Source: an uncultured Verrucomicrobiae bacterium (GTDB lineage Bacteria > Verrucomicrobiota > Verrucomicrobiia > Chthoniobacterales > Terrimicrobiaceae). From it: a stretch of 64,000 nt of DNA. Under the pieces are notes generated by a model that searched no databases, was not told the DNA's origin, and saw nothing but the letters and a program-made list of their open reading frames with translations. The position numbers and the translations under genes are program-made. The stretch spans positions 14,803 through 78,802 of the forward strand of contig CAVXQK010000012.1 of NCBI GenBank assembly GCA_963763735.1. The letters run 5' to 3'. Shown here in pieces: positions 34,377 to 44,037 of this stretch; position 1 is the stretch's first letter; each line of letters opens with the position of its first letter.

Positions 34377-35675
34377 TTACGAAAAAGACTCGACGTGAAG
34401 GAGCACCGGGGTCCCCCTTACACAGGCGAGCGCTGCGATTTTCTCCACCGCGCTCCGCATCGCGCCGAAAGGTGCGTCATGGAGCATCAAGACGAGTATT
34501 GCCGATTCCTCGGCCTGGCTTTCCGGCTGGATGACGGAAAGAATGCCGATTTCCGATTCGCCGAGAGCGCCCGCAATCTGCGCGAGCACGCCGGGCCGGT
34601 CTTCGACAGACAGGCGAAGGTAATATTTGGAGACGGCCTGCTCGACGGGCTGGCATTTCCCGTAAAGGTCGTGGGACGTGAATCCATAAGAGGAGCGCGA
34701 ACTCTCGAGGCCGACAGCGGCTTCGGCAAGGTCGGCCAGCACCGAACTCGAAGTCGGATCACGGCCTGCACCGCGCCCGTAAAAAAGGGTTTCGCCAACG
34801 ATGTCTCCGCGGACGGCAATGGCATTGAAGACGCCATTTACTGAGGCAAGGACATGGCTCTTCGGGATCAGGGTGGGGCAGACGCGCACCTGGATGGCAT
34901 TGCCCGCAGCCGCTCGAATGGTGGCCAGCAGTTTGATTCTGTAGCCCAATTCATCGGCAAATCGAATATCCGAAGCCGTCAGGTTGTCGATGCCCGCGAC
35001 GAAGATCCTCGAAGGGTCCAGCCAGAAGCCGTAGGCCAGGGAGGCCAAAATAACGGCCTTGTGGGCGGCATCCCATCCATTGATGTCGAGGGCCGGGTCC
35101 GCTTCCGCGTAGCCCAACTGCTGGGCTTCGGCGAGCGCCGGGGCGAAATCCATTCCCGTGTCGGTCATCCGGGTCAGGATGTAGTTGCTCGTGCCGTTCA
35201 GGATGCCGTGAATGCTCTCGAACCGGTTGCCGATAAACGATTCGCGAACCACCTTGATAATCGGGATGCCGCCCGCCACGGCGGCTTCGTAGAACACCGG
35301 GACGCGATGCTCGCGAGCAAGGTGAAAAATTTCCTGACCGTGTTCGGCAAGCAAGGCCTTATTGCCCGTCACGACGCTCTTTCCCGCTTTGATGGCCTTC
35401 TTTATGAACGCGAGAGGAGTGTCAATCCCGCCGATCAATTCGACGACGATCCGAATATTCGTGTCGGCAATCAAATCGTCGATGTCTGCCGTGAAGAGTT
35501 CGGCGGGAGCGGCAACGTCACGCGATTTTCCCGGGTCCCGGACTGCAATGCGAAGCACTTCGAAACGAGCGCCGAGCCGCTGCGCGAGCAGGTCGCCGTT
35601 GAGCGCGAGGTTCCTGAACACCCCGGCGCCCACGGTGCCAAAGCCTGCAAGGCCGATGCCGATGGACTGATTCAT
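34377..35675 (-). CDS. hom: homoserine dehydrogenase
   Basis: Start 'MNQSIGIGLAGFGTVGAGV' at ATG 35675 (the longer ORF upstream is Arg/Pro-rich junk). C-terminal ACT domain. Confidence 0.9.
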   Translation of the reverse strand: MNQSIGIGLAGFGTVGAGVFRNLALNGDLLAQRLGARFEVLRIAVRDPGKSRDVAAPAELFTADIDDLIADTNIRIVVELIGGIDTPLAFIKKAIKAGKSVVTGNKALLAEHGQEIFHLAREHRVPVFYEAAVAGGIPIIKVVRESFIGNRFESIHGILNGTSNYILTRMTDTGMDFAPALAEAQQLGYAEADPALDINGWDAAHKAVILASLAYGFWLDPSRIFVAGIDNLTASDIRFADELGYRIKLLATIRAAAGNAIQVRVCPTLIPKSHVLASVNGVFNAIAVRGDIVGETLFYGRGAGRDPTSSSVLADLAEAAVGLESSRSSYGFTSHDLYGKCQPVEQAVSKYYLRLSVEDRPGVLAQIAGALGESEIGILSVIQPESQAEESAILVLMLHDAPFGAMRSAVEKIAALACVRGTPVLLHVESFS

Positions 35676-35839
35676 GTTGAGCCGAGGGAGTATCCGCGCC
35701 GCGCCGTGATTTCCAAAGCAAATTTGCGCGAATTCGGCCGGAGACGGATGCGCCTTTCGCCGGAAGGGTTGAGAGGGGAGACGAAAGGTCGGGCGGTTTC
35801 TTCGGCTCGGCGGGAGCCTCGCCCTCCCGGGCTGGATTC

Positions 35840-36035
35840 TTACAGTTCGAGTCGGTAGCCGAGGCCGTGGACGGTCAGCAGGTGCCGGGGTTCGGAAGGT
35901 CGGCGGCCTGGCGCTCGATGAGGACGCGCTGTTCGCCGGCTGTGCGAAGCGCCAGCCAGCCCGGGACGAGACTGGGAACGAAAATGGCGGCAAGGAATAT
36001 TAGGGTGTAGCGTTTCAATGTTTGCGTCTCTGCTA
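35840..36035 (-). pseudogene. possible relic of a two-component system (OmpR-type winged-helix C-terminus plus sensor-kinase-like N-terminal TM segment in another frame)
   Basis: One frame ends '...EPRHLLTVHGLGYRLEL*'. A neighbouring frame gives 'LKRYTLIFLAAIFVPSLVPGWLALRTAGEQ'. There is no intact receiver or kinase domain. Confidence 0.3.
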
Positions 36036-36309
36036 GATTTACTCATCTTACGTTCCGTGTCCTCAACCAAAGCGTTATCATCAGTCGGCGATCGCGGCGG
36101 CTCCCGCGAGATCCCAGGGTATGCACCGGAGATCGGTGCGCTTCAATGATCGCAACGCGAAGTCCCTGTCAAATTCCGGGTCTTCCTGCCGGACCCCGCG
36201 ATCGTCCTGCAAGCCTTTTGCGAACGCTTGCTTGTTCGCGGGATTGGGAGCGGCGAAATTGACTAGACCAACCGTCGGAAAGCGGTAGGCTCCCGACTCC
36301 CATTTTGCC

Positions 36310-36657
36310 ATGAAACACCGACTCCAACGGGTGTGTGAAGTTCTCAAGCGCGAGCTGGGGCTTATCATCCTGCGAGAGCTGACGTTCCCGACCCCGCTGG
36401 TCACTGTCAGCGCCGTCGACATCACGCCCGATCTCAAGCAGGCTTTCGTTTACGTGAGCGCACTTGGGAACGACGCCCAGAGGCTGGAAGTGATAACCCT
36501 GCTTGAGCAGAATCGAGGGACGCTTCAGGCGCTGGTCTCGAAGCGCGTTGTACTCAAGCATACGCCTCACCTGAATTTCAAGCTCGACGATTCGATCGCG
36601 CGCGGATCGCGCGTATTGAATATTCTGGATGATTTGGGTTTGGACGAGTCGAGATGA
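36310..36657 (+). CDS. rbfA: ribosome-binding factor A
   Basis: 'RLQRVCEVLKRELGLIILRELTFPTPLVTVSAVDITPDLKQAFVYVS'. Confidence 0.9.
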   Translation: MKHRLQRVCEVLKRELGLIILRELTFPTPLVTVSAVDITPDLKQAFVYVSALGNDAQRLEVITLLEQNRGTLQALVSKRVVLKHTPHLNFKLDDSIARGSRVLNILDDLGLDESR

Positions 36658-37631
36658 ACGCCTCCTTCTCCGAGATCGCCGCGTCCCTTGAGAGCGCAGA
36701 TAATATCCTTGTGGTGAGCCACCTACGACCCGATGGTGATGCGCTGGGCTCGACCCTCGCCTTCGCGTTGTGGCTCCTGTCGCTGGGCAAGACCGTTACC
36801 GCGTGGAACGAACATGGCGTGACGCACAAATACCGCTACCTGCCACGCCGTGAGCTCATTGGTCTGCCGGATTCTCTTCCGCGCGCCTTTGACGTGGTTG
36901 TCGCCTTGGATAACTCGGTCAAGAAGCGCCTGGGTAGCGCGCTCGACAGCGTGGCTTCCATCGGGACCCTCATCAACATCGACCACCACGTCAGCAATGA
37001 ACTGTACGGCGACTTGAACTATATCGACCCCAGCGCGCCCGCGACAGGCCAGATCGTTTACGAATTTTTCAGGGAAAGAAAGGTGTCGCTTTGCCGGGAC
37101 ATTGCCACGAACCTCTTCGTAGCCATTTCGACGGATACCGGATCATTTCAATACGCCGGCACGAACTCACGCACCTTCGATGCGGCATCGGCCCTCGTCG
37201 CCGCTGGAGTGGACGTCGCCGCCCTTTCCCAGGAGATGTATGACACGCAGCCGCGCCGCCGGCTGGACCTGCTGCGCCATGCGTTGAACCAGGCTCGGTT
37301 TTCCTGCGACGGGCACATCGCGAGCTTCTCGTTGTCGCTTGCGGCGGTCGAGGAGTTGGAACTCCTGCCCGAGGACAACGAGGGCGTGATCGATCATTTG
37401 CGTTCGGTCGAGGGGGTGGTCGCTGCGGTCTTTTTCGAGGAGTTGCCAGAGGGCAGCGTTCGAGTGAGCGCGCGTTCGAAGGACCCGCGAGTGGACGTTT
37501 GCGAGATCTGCGCGCTCTTTGGCGGCGGAGGACATCCGCGGGCCGCCGGTGCGCGCATTCGCGGAACGATCGAGGAAGTCGAAGAGAAATTTCTGCAGGC
37601 TGTCTGCCATGAGATCCGTAACCGAAATTGA
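36654..37631 (+). CDS. DHH/DHHA1 phosphoesterase (NrnA-like oligoribonuclease/pAp phosphatase)
   Basis: 'HLRPDGDALGS', 'NIDHHVSN', 'GGGHPRAAG' motifs. Confidence 0.85.
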   Translation: MNASFSEIAASLESADNILVVSHLRPDGDALGSTLAFALWLLSLGKTVTAWNEHGVTHKYRYLPRRELIGLPDSLPRAFDVVVALDNSVKKRLGSALDSVASIGTLINIDHHVSNELYGDLNYIDPSAPATGQIVYEFFRERKVSLCRDIATNLFVAISTDTGSFQYAGTNSRTFDAASALVAAGVDVAALSQEMYDTQPRRRLDLLRHALNQARFSCDGHIASFSLSLAAVEELELLPEDNEGVIDHLRSVEGVVAAVFFEELPEGSVRVSARSKDPRVDVCEICALFGGGGHPRAAGARIRGTIEEVEEKFLQAVCHEIRNRN

Positions 37632-38331
37632 CGGTGTGCTGCTGGTGGACAAGGCGCGTGGCATGACCTCGCACGACGTCGTGGCGATTGCGCGGCGCGC
37701 GCTCGGCACGAAGAAGGTGGGACACTGTGGAACGCTTGATCCCCTTGCCACCGGTCTTCTGCTCATCACAATCGGCCGCGGCACGAAGATCCAGGACTTG
37801 CTGATGAGCGAGGACAAGGAATATGTGGGCACCATGCGGCTTGGCGAGGTGACCGACAGCCAGGATGCCGACGGACTGGTGATCGAAACGTGCCCGGTGC
37901 CGGAATTGTCCCGGCAACAGATCGAGGAGGCATTCGCCAAATTCAAAGGCGACTTTTACCAGACGCCACCGATGGTTAGCGCGATCAAGAAGGATGGCGT
38001 TCCCCTTTACAAGCTCGCCCGCCAGGGCAAGCACGTCGAGCGGGAGCCACGCTTCGTGCGCGTCTATGCCCAAGAGATCCGGGCGATTCGTCTTCCCGAG
38101 ATCGATTTTCAGGTTGTGTGCAGCAAGGGGTTTTACGTGCGCACGTATGTCAATGACATCGGTCGGGAACTCGGATGCGGCGCACACCTTATGGGGCTGC
38201 GCCGCACGAAGTCCGGGCGCTTCAGTGTCGACAAGGCGGTGAACGTTGAGGAGCTCAAAACGCTTCCTCGTGAACAGTTGGTGCCCCGTATTTTGAGCCT
38301 GCCGACGGTCTCGCGCCTTCGCGGCGCCTAA
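37609..38331 (+). CDS. truB: tRNA pseudouridine(55) synthase
   Basis: 'GVLLVDKARGMTSHDVV...VGHCGTLDPLATGLL'. ATG 37609 overlaps the preceding gene. Confidence 0.9.
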   Translation: MRSVTEIDGVLLVDKARGMTSHDVVAIARRALGTKKVGHCGTLDPLATGLLLITIGRGTKIQDLLMSEDKEYVGTMRLGEVTDSQDADGLVIETCPVPELSRQQIEEAFAKFKGDFYQTPPMVSAIKKDGVPLYKLARQGKHVEREPRFVRVYAQEIRAIRLPEIDFQVVCSKGFYVRTYVNDIGRELGCGAHLMGLRRTKSGRFSVDKAVNVEELKTLPREQLVPRILSLPTVSRLRGA

Positions 38332-38339
38332 GAGCAACG

Positions 38340-39287
38340 ATGAAAGTCTTTCATTCCCTGTCGGAACTCTCTGAGATTCCCGGTCCGCTTTGCGTGGCGA
38401 TAGGGGTATTCGACGGAGTGCACCTCGGCCATCAGGCGCTTTTGCGGCGGGCGATGAACGAAGCGGCCCGCATGCGAGGGTCAGCTTTGGTCCTGACCTT
38501 CCACCCCCATCCAGCGCGCGTCCTGCGACCGGATTCGGCTCCACGTCTTCTGACATCGACCCCGCACAAGGTGCGTCTCATCGAGGAACTGGGGTGCCCG
38601 TATCTCTTGCAAGCAACCTTTGACATGGCGTTTGCCGCCCAGCCTCCCGAAGTTTTCGTCGAACAGCTCGTGCGCTCCGCGGGTTCGCTGCGCATGATTT
38701 GCGTCGGGCACAACTGGGCCTTTGGGAAAGGGCGTTCGGGAAATGTCACGTTGCTCACCGCACTTGGCGGCAGGTTCGGCTTCGAGACGGTGGAGATCGA
38801 GCCGGTGGAGATCGACGGAGAGTTGGTCAGCAGCACACGGATCCGGAAGGCGGTCGAGGAGGGGGATTTTGAAACGGCCCGGCGCCTTCTGGGCAGGGAC
38901 TATACAATACTTGGCACCGTCCGGCCCGGGGCCGGACTGGGACGTGGAATCGGCTTTCCCACGGCGAATCTTTCCGCGCACAACGAACGATTTCCGCCAA
39001 ACGGTGTCTATGCGGTGCGTGTTTCGGTGAGTTCCCGATGGCTCGAAGGTGTGGCCAACGTCGGGGTGAGACCCACCGTGGGAGGCGCCGCAGAGCGCCT
39101 TCTCGAAGTCCATATTTTTGACTACTCCGGCGATTGTTACGGACAGGATCTCGAAGTGAAGTTCGAGCGCTTTCTCCGTGCCGAGGTAAAGTTTTCCTCG
39201 ATCGAGGAATTGCGAGCGCAAATTGCTCGCGACGCGATTCAGGCGCGCCAGGTTCTCAGTTTGCAGCCCTCAATGCCGCACGCATGA
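38340..39287 (+). CDS. ribF: bifunctional riboflavin kinase / FAD synthetase
   Basis: 'AIGVFDGVHLGHQALL', 'GFPTANL', C-terminal riboflavin kinase 'LEVHIFDYSGDCYGQ'. Confidence 0.9.
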   Translation: MKVFHSLSELSEIPGPLCVAIGVFDGVHLGHQALLRRAMNEAARMRGSALVLTFHPHPARVLRPDSAPRLLTSTPHKVRLIEELGCPYLLQATFDMAFAAQPPEVFVEQLVRSAGSLRMICVGHNWAFGKGRSGNVTLLTALGGRFGFETVEIEPVEIDGELVSSTRIRKAVEEGDFETARRLLGRDYTILGTVRPGAGLGRGIGFPTANLSAHNERFPPNGVYAVRVSVSSRWLEGVANVGVRPTVGGAAERLLEVHIFDYSGDCYGQDLEVKFERFLRAEVKFSSIEELRAQIARDAIQARQVLSLQPSMPHA

Positions 39288-40185
39288 CCTCCAGCGGCGC
39301 GGCCCGACCGAACCAGATTTCGAAGGAGAGCGCGCCCTGATGCAGCAGCATGGAAAGGCCATTGGCTACCCGGGCACCGGCTGCCTCGGCGTCCTCGATC
39401 AAGCGGGTTTTGCCGGCTGCGTAGACCGTATCATACACCATGAGGTTCGGCGTGAGCAATCCGGCGGGAACCAGCGCGGGATCCGTGCGCTTCATTCCGA
39501 CGGAGGTGGCGTTGATAACAAGGTCGGACTTCGCGAGGTGTTCCCGCAGGGCGCGCTCTTGATGCGGGATGGCTTCGAGGCGTTCGGCGGGACCGACCAG
39601 CCGGTCGCTTTGAAAATAGGGCGAGAGCTCCTGTGCCAGCGTGCGGGCCTTCTCGAAGGTACGGTTGACAAGGACAAGACGTTCGCAGCCTTCGAGGGCA
39701 CACTGGAGCGCGATGGCGCGCCCCGCGCCGCCTCCGGCGCCGAGCAGCATCACCCGCAGATCGCGCAGGTCCGCGTAAAATTCCTCCCTTAGGGCTCGCA
39801 GAAGGCCGGGGCCATCGGTGTTGAATCCGATGAGTTTCCGGCCGTCCACAACGACGGTATTTACGGCGCCCGATTTACGGGCGTAGTCATCAGCCTCGTC
39901 CACGGTTGCGAGCGCGCCCGCCTTGTGCGGAATGGTGACGTTGGTACCGAGAAACCCCGCCGCCGGGAGCGCGCGCAAGGCGGCGGAGAGCTCGTCCGGG
40001 TGCGCGTGGATTTTGACGTATTGCGCGTCGATTCCGCAGGAGCGGAGAGCGGCATTCTGAAACGCCGGAGATCTGGAGTGAGCGACCGGATCGCCAAAAA
40101 CCGAAAGACGTGCCGGCGGGATCAGCGATCGGAAACTCTCCCCGTTCCTGATGAGCTGGTTTGCCTCGTAAATTGTGTCATTCAT
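39256..40185 (-). CDS. aroE: shikimate dehydrogenase
   Basis: 'FGDPVAHSRSPAFQNAAL', 'LLGAGGGAGRAIA' NADP site. Confidence 0.9.
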   Translation of the reverse strand: MNDTIYEANQLIRNGESFRSLIPPARLSVFGDPVAHSRSPAFQNAALRSCGIDAQYVKIHAHPDELSAALRALPAAGFLGTNVTIPHKAGALATVDEADDYARKSGAVNTVVVDGRKLIGFNTDGPGLLRALREEFYADLRDLRVMLLGAGGGAGRAIALQCALEGCERLVLVNRTFEKARTLAQELSPYFQSDRLVGPAERLEAIPHQERALREHLAKSDLVINATSVGMKRTDPALVPAGLLTPNLMVYDTVYAAGKTRLIEDAEAAGARVANGLSMLLHQGALSFEIWFGRAAPLEVMRAALRAAN

Positions 40186-41519
40186 CCGATGTTGCGTTTC
40201 CCCTGGACGAGGGCTTCGGCTCTCGCAAAGCGCGCCAGGACGCGTTCCTTGCCGAGGACTTCAAGCATTTCATAAAGCCCGGGGCCGACGGATTTGCCGC
40301 TCACTGCGACTCGCGCAGGGTGGACAAGGTCCCCGACTTTGACGCCGAGCGTCGCCGCGGTTTCTTTTAAGTTCGACTCGATTGCGGCATGGGTCCAGTC
40401 AGCAAGGCCGCCGAGCGCTTCGCCGAGCGCTCTCAACCGGTCCGCGGCTCCCGGTTTTCTCAATGCCTTCTCGAGGGAGGCCTCTTCGAAAGCGTAGTTT
40501 TCGGTGAAGAGAAAAGCGATCCACTCCGGCACATCACTGAGGTGCTTGACCTTGGGTTTGACGATGGCCAGCGCGCGGAGCAGCGCGCCGTGCGATCCGT
40601 ACGCAATTCCCGCTTTTTCCACGAAGGGAAGGGAAAGCTTGTAGAAGCGCTCCAAGCTCATCTGGAGAATGTACTGGCCGTTGAGCCAAAAACATTTGTC
40701 GAGGTCGAAAATGGCATTGCGCCGGTTGATCGATCCCAACTCGAACAGTTCGCGAATTTCCTCGAGCGGGAGCATCTCGCGGTTGTCTTTGGGAGACCAG
40801 CCAAGCAGACAAAGATAGTTGAGCACCGCCTCCGGCGCGTAGCCTGCCTCCAGGAAGTAGGCCACGCTCGATCCCCCGTCCCTCTTGCTGAGCTTCTTGC
40901 CTTCGTGATTCAAGATGAGGGGAATGTGGGCGAATCGCGGCGGTTCAGCACCAAGGGCACGGTAAAGTTCAATGTGCTTCGGCGTATTGGAGAGATGATC
41001 TTCGCCGCGGATGACGTGCGTTATCTTCATCTCCAGATCGTCAACGACGTTGACGAAATGAAAGATCCATGAGCCGTCGGGACGCCGGAGAGTCATATCG
41101 GGATGCGTGCCGGGATTCGACATGTCGAACTCGATGCGCCCGCAAACGAGATCCTCGACCACGACAGTCTTGCGCGGCGAACGGAAGCGGATTGCCCCCT
41201 CATCCACGTAGGTGTGACCCTCCGCCTCCAATTGCGCGAGATGCTTTTCGTAGATCGCGTTCCTCTGGCTTTGCATGTAGGGCCCGAAGTGGCCCCCTTT
41301 GTCCGGGCCTTCGTCCCAGTCAAGATCAAGCCAGTTCAATCCCTCGTAGATCGCTTGCATGGCCTCCGCGGTGTTCCTTTTCTCATCGGTATCCTCGATG
41401 CGGAGGACGAACGTTCCTTTGTTCTTGCGCGCGAAAAGCCAGTTGAAGAGCGCGGTACGCGCGCCGCCGACGTGGAGATAACCGGTAGGTGACGGAGCGA
41501 ATCGAGTGCGGACAGACAT
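40182..41519 (-). CDS. gltX: glutamate--tRNA ligase
   Basis: 'RFAPSPTGYLHVGGARTALFNW' HIGH motif, 'KLSKR' KMSKS motif. Confidence 0.95.
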   Translation of the reverse strand: MSVRTRFAPSPTGYLHVGGARTALFNWLFARKNKGTFVLRIEDTDEKRNTAEAMQAIYEGLNWLDLDWDEGPDKGGHFGPYMQSQRNAIYEKHLAQLEAEGHTYVDEGAIRFRSPRKTVVVEDLVCGRIEFDMSNPGTHPDMTLRRPDGSWIFHFVNVVDDLEMKITHVIRGEDHLSNTPKHIELYRALGAEPPRFAHIPLILNHEGKKLSKRDGGSSVAYFLEAGYAPEAVLNYLCLLGWSPKDNREMLPLEEIRELFELGSINRRNAIFDLDKCFWLNGQYILQMSLERFYKLSLPFVEKAGIAYGSHGALLRALAIVKPKVKHLSDVPEWIAFLFTENYAFEEASLEKALRKPGAADRLRALGEALGGLADWTHAAIESNLKETAATLGVKVGDLVHPARVAVSGKSVGPGLYEMLEVLGKERVLARFARAEALVQGKRNIG

Positions 41520-41524
41520 TTCTT

Positions 41525-41549
41525 AATCCTGTAAATCCTGCGAATCCTG
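41525..41549. repeat. three AATCCTG heptamers at 9-bp spacing in the short gltX / yqeY divergent intergenic region
   Basis: AATCCTG at 41525, 41534 and 41543. Confidence 0.8.
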
Positions 41550-41565
41550 TCTATTGATTTCCTTG

Positions 41566-42018
41566 ATGACTCTCCAATCCCAAGTTGACAGTGATATCAA
41601 GGACGCGATGCGGGCCAGAGAAACGGTGCGGCTCAATGCGTTGAGAATGCTCAAGGCGGCCATGAAAAACGCGGCCATCGAAAAGGGGGGCGCCGAGGCC
41701 GTGCTTGAAGATTCCGAGGCCACGGCCGTAATCCGGAAGCAGATCAAACAGAGGCAGGACTCCGTTGAGGGATTTGAGAAGGGAGGGCGTCTGGAGCTTG
41801 CGGCGGCGGAAACTTCCGAGATTGCCGTGCTCTCCGCCTATCTGCCCCAGAGTTTGTCACCGGATGAAATCACAGCGTTGGTTACGGAGGCTATTGCTGA
41901 ATCCGGAGCGACCTCGAAACGGCAGATGGGAGCCGTGATGAAAATCGTCACCGCCAAGGCGGCCGGCCGGGCCGATGGTAAGACCTTGAGCGTGGCAGTG
42001 CAGAAACTCCTCCCTTGA
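41566..42018 (+). CDS. GatB/YqeY domain protein
   Basis: 'MTLQSQVDSDIKDAMRARETVRLNALRMLKAAMKN'. The longest ORF starts at TTG 41554. Confidence 0.85.
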   Translation: MTLQSQVDSDIKDAMRARETVRLNALRMLKAAMKNAAIEKGGAEAVLEDSEATAVIRKQIKQRQDSVEGFEKGGRLELAAAETSEIAVLSAYLPQSLSPDEITALVTEAIAESGATSKRQMGAVMKIVTAKAAGRADGKTLSVAVQKLLP

Positions 42019-42722
42019 ATACCGCATCTTCAGACCTGGCAGCCATCGTCGTCGCCGCGGGAGTGAGCCGGCGGATGGGTTTCGACAAACTCTCGGCCCC
42101 GCTTGGCGGGCGTCCGCTCATCGTCCACAGCCTCGCCGCATTCAGCGACTGCCCGGATGTCGATCATATCGTGCTAGTTTGCGCCGCCGAGCGAATCGAG
42201 GAATTTCGCGCGCATGCGGCTGAATTTCCAAAAGTTCGCCAGATCGTTCCCGGCGGCAAAGAGCGCGTGCAATCCGTCTTGGCGGGCACGGCGGCGTTTG
42301 CGGAGCCGCGGCCGATATTTGTCGCCGTTCACGATGGGGCGCGGCCGTTGATCACGCCGGAGGCTGTTTCGGCTTGTTATCAAGCAGCCAGGGAGTTTGG
42401 CGCGTCGGTGAGCGCCGAACCTGTCACGGACACAGTCCACCGCGTGAACAACCAATTGCTTACCGTCGAAACGGTTTCCCGGAAGAATCTTTGGGGGATG
42501 CAGACGCCGCAGATTCTCGAGCTGGCTGTCCTCGAGTCGCTTCTTCAAGACGTTCGCGAGGCAGGAGGAACGATCACAGACGAGATCTCCCTTCTCATTC
42601 GCTCGGGCGGCAAGGCGAGGGTGGTGGAGAATCCGGATTGGAATATCAAGGTCACTTATCCGCGCGATCTCGAGCTTGCGGAAATGATCCTGGAACGGCG
42701 CAGGAAAAAGTCCGCGGGCTAG
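42015..42722 (+). CDS. ispD: 2-C-methyl-D-erythritol 4-phosphate cytidylyltransferase
   Basis: 'AAIVVAAGVSRRMGFDKL...', 'VAVHDGARP'. Confidence 0.9.
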   Translation: MNTASSDLAAIVVAAGVSRRMGFDKLSAPLGGRPLIVHSLAAFSDCPDVDHIVLVCAAERIEEFRAHAAEFPKVRQIVPGGKERVQSVLAGTAAFAEPRPIFVAVHDGARPLITPEAVSACYQAAREFGASVSAEPVTDTVHRVNNQLLTVETVSRKNLWGMQTPQILELAVLESLLQDVREAGGTITDEISLLIRSGGKARVVENPDWNIKVTYPRDLELAEMILERRRKKSAG

Positions 42723-42771
42723 CGGCTGCGTCCCTGTGCCCATTCATCCGTACGATGCAGTCTTCGATTCA

Positions 42772-44037
42772 ATGAAATCCCAATTGACGACCCTTCCGAG
42801 CGGCCTCCGCATTGCCACCTGCGAGTTGTCCCATGCGCAGACGTCTGCGATGGGAATATGGGCGGGCGTTGGCGGCCGGCATGAGCCAGCCAATCTTAAT
42901 GGCATCTCCCATTTCATTGAGCACATGCTCTTCAAGGGAACCTCTCGGCGATCCGCCCGCCGCATCATGGAGGAGGTGGAAGGCGTGGGCGGAGACATGA
43001 ACGCGTACACGGCAGAGGAGCGCACGTGTTATTACGCAGCCGCTCCCGCCGAGTTCTTTCCGCGCCTCTGCGATGTCCTCTGCGATCTGTACATGAATCC
43101 GAAATTCGCGGTGACCGATATCGAGCGTGAGCGCGGGGTCATTTGCGAAGAGATCCTGATGTATCATGACGAACCGTCCTCGCACGTGCAGGAGATCCTT
43201 AACGGTCATTTTTGGCCCAATCACCCGCTGGGCCGTCCTCTCACGGGCACGCCCGACACCGTCGAGAGTATTCGGCGCGATGATTTTCTTTCCTATCGTG
43301 CGACCCATTATCATGCGGGGAGCACCGTGGTTTCCGCCGCGGGAAAGATACGCCACGAAGAGGTGATCGAGTATGCTTCCCGGCTCTTGGAAAAGATTCC
43401 GCCGCGAAGGCCGATCCGCAACGCGAAGGCGCCCGGCCAAGCCCGTGAACCGCGCGTCGCTTCCGAGAGGCGTGACGTCCAGCAAACGCAGCTTGCGCTG
43501 GGTTTGCCTGGTCCCAGCCATCACGATCCGAGGCGTTATGCCATGCAGATCCTGAACGTGATCCTCGGGGGCAATGCCAGTTCGCGACTTTTCCAGGAGT
43601 TGCGTGAAAAGCGGGGGCTGTGCTACTCCGTCAGCGCGCATCCCTCAAGTTTCAGGGATACGGGGATGCTCAACATCTCGATGGGGCTGGAGCAACGGAA
43701 CGTGGAAAAGTCGCTGCGTTTGATTCTCTCCATATTTGAGGATTTGCAGAGGCGTCCTGTTCGTTCCGCCGAGCTGAAGCGCGCAAAGGAATATACCGTG
43801 GGAACGAGCCGGATGTCCCTTGAACGAACCTCGACTCAAAACATGCGTCTCGGTGGTTCGGTCCTGGTCTACGGGAAAATCGTCGATCCCGAGGAAATCC
43901 ATTCCAAGCTGCGCGCTGTGACCTGCGAGGAAGTACAGGCGGCGGCGAAGGACTTTTTGAATCCCCGCACCGCGACCGCGGCGATTGTTGGGCCCGCGCC
44001 TGATGAAACAGCCATCAGCAAGATCCTCCGATCATGA
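42772..44037 (+). CDS. M16-family (pitrilysin-like) zinc peptidase
   Basis: 'GISHFIEHMLFKGT' inverted zinc motif HxxEH. The longest ORF starts at GTG 42736. Confidence 0.85.
   Translation: MKSQLTTLPSGLRIATCELSHAQTSAMGIWAGVGGRHEPANLNGISHFIEHMLFKGTSRRSARRIMEEVEGVGGDMNAYTAEERTCYYAAAPAEFFPRLCDVLCDLYMNPKFAVTDIERERGVICEEILMYHDEPSSHVQEILNGHFWPNHPLGRPLTGTPDTVESIRRDDFLSYRATHYHAGSTVVSAAGKIRHEEVIEYASRLLEKIPPRRPIRNAKAPGQAREPRVASERRDVQQTQLALGLPGPSHHDPRRYAMQILNVILGGNASSRLFQELREKRGLCYSVSAHPSSFRDTGMLNISMGLEQRNVEKSLRLILSIFEDLQRRPVRSAELKRAKEYTVGTSRMSLERTSTQNMRLGGSVLVYGKIVDPEEIHSKLRAVTCEEVQAAAKDFLNPRTATAAIVGPAPDETAISKILRS

Noticed and set aside
35676-36309. Looked for a lysine/SAM/T-box-type leader upstream of the hom-thrC-lysC operon.
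   Set aside because: No conserved riboswitch core sequences were recognised by eye. The region instead shows the two-component-system relic. A covariance-model scan (Rfam/Infernal) would be needed to exclude one.
36081-36437. 118-aa minus-strand ORF overlapping the rbfA start.
   Set aside because: It overlaps a confidently identified gene on the other strand and has no motifs. It is likely spurious.
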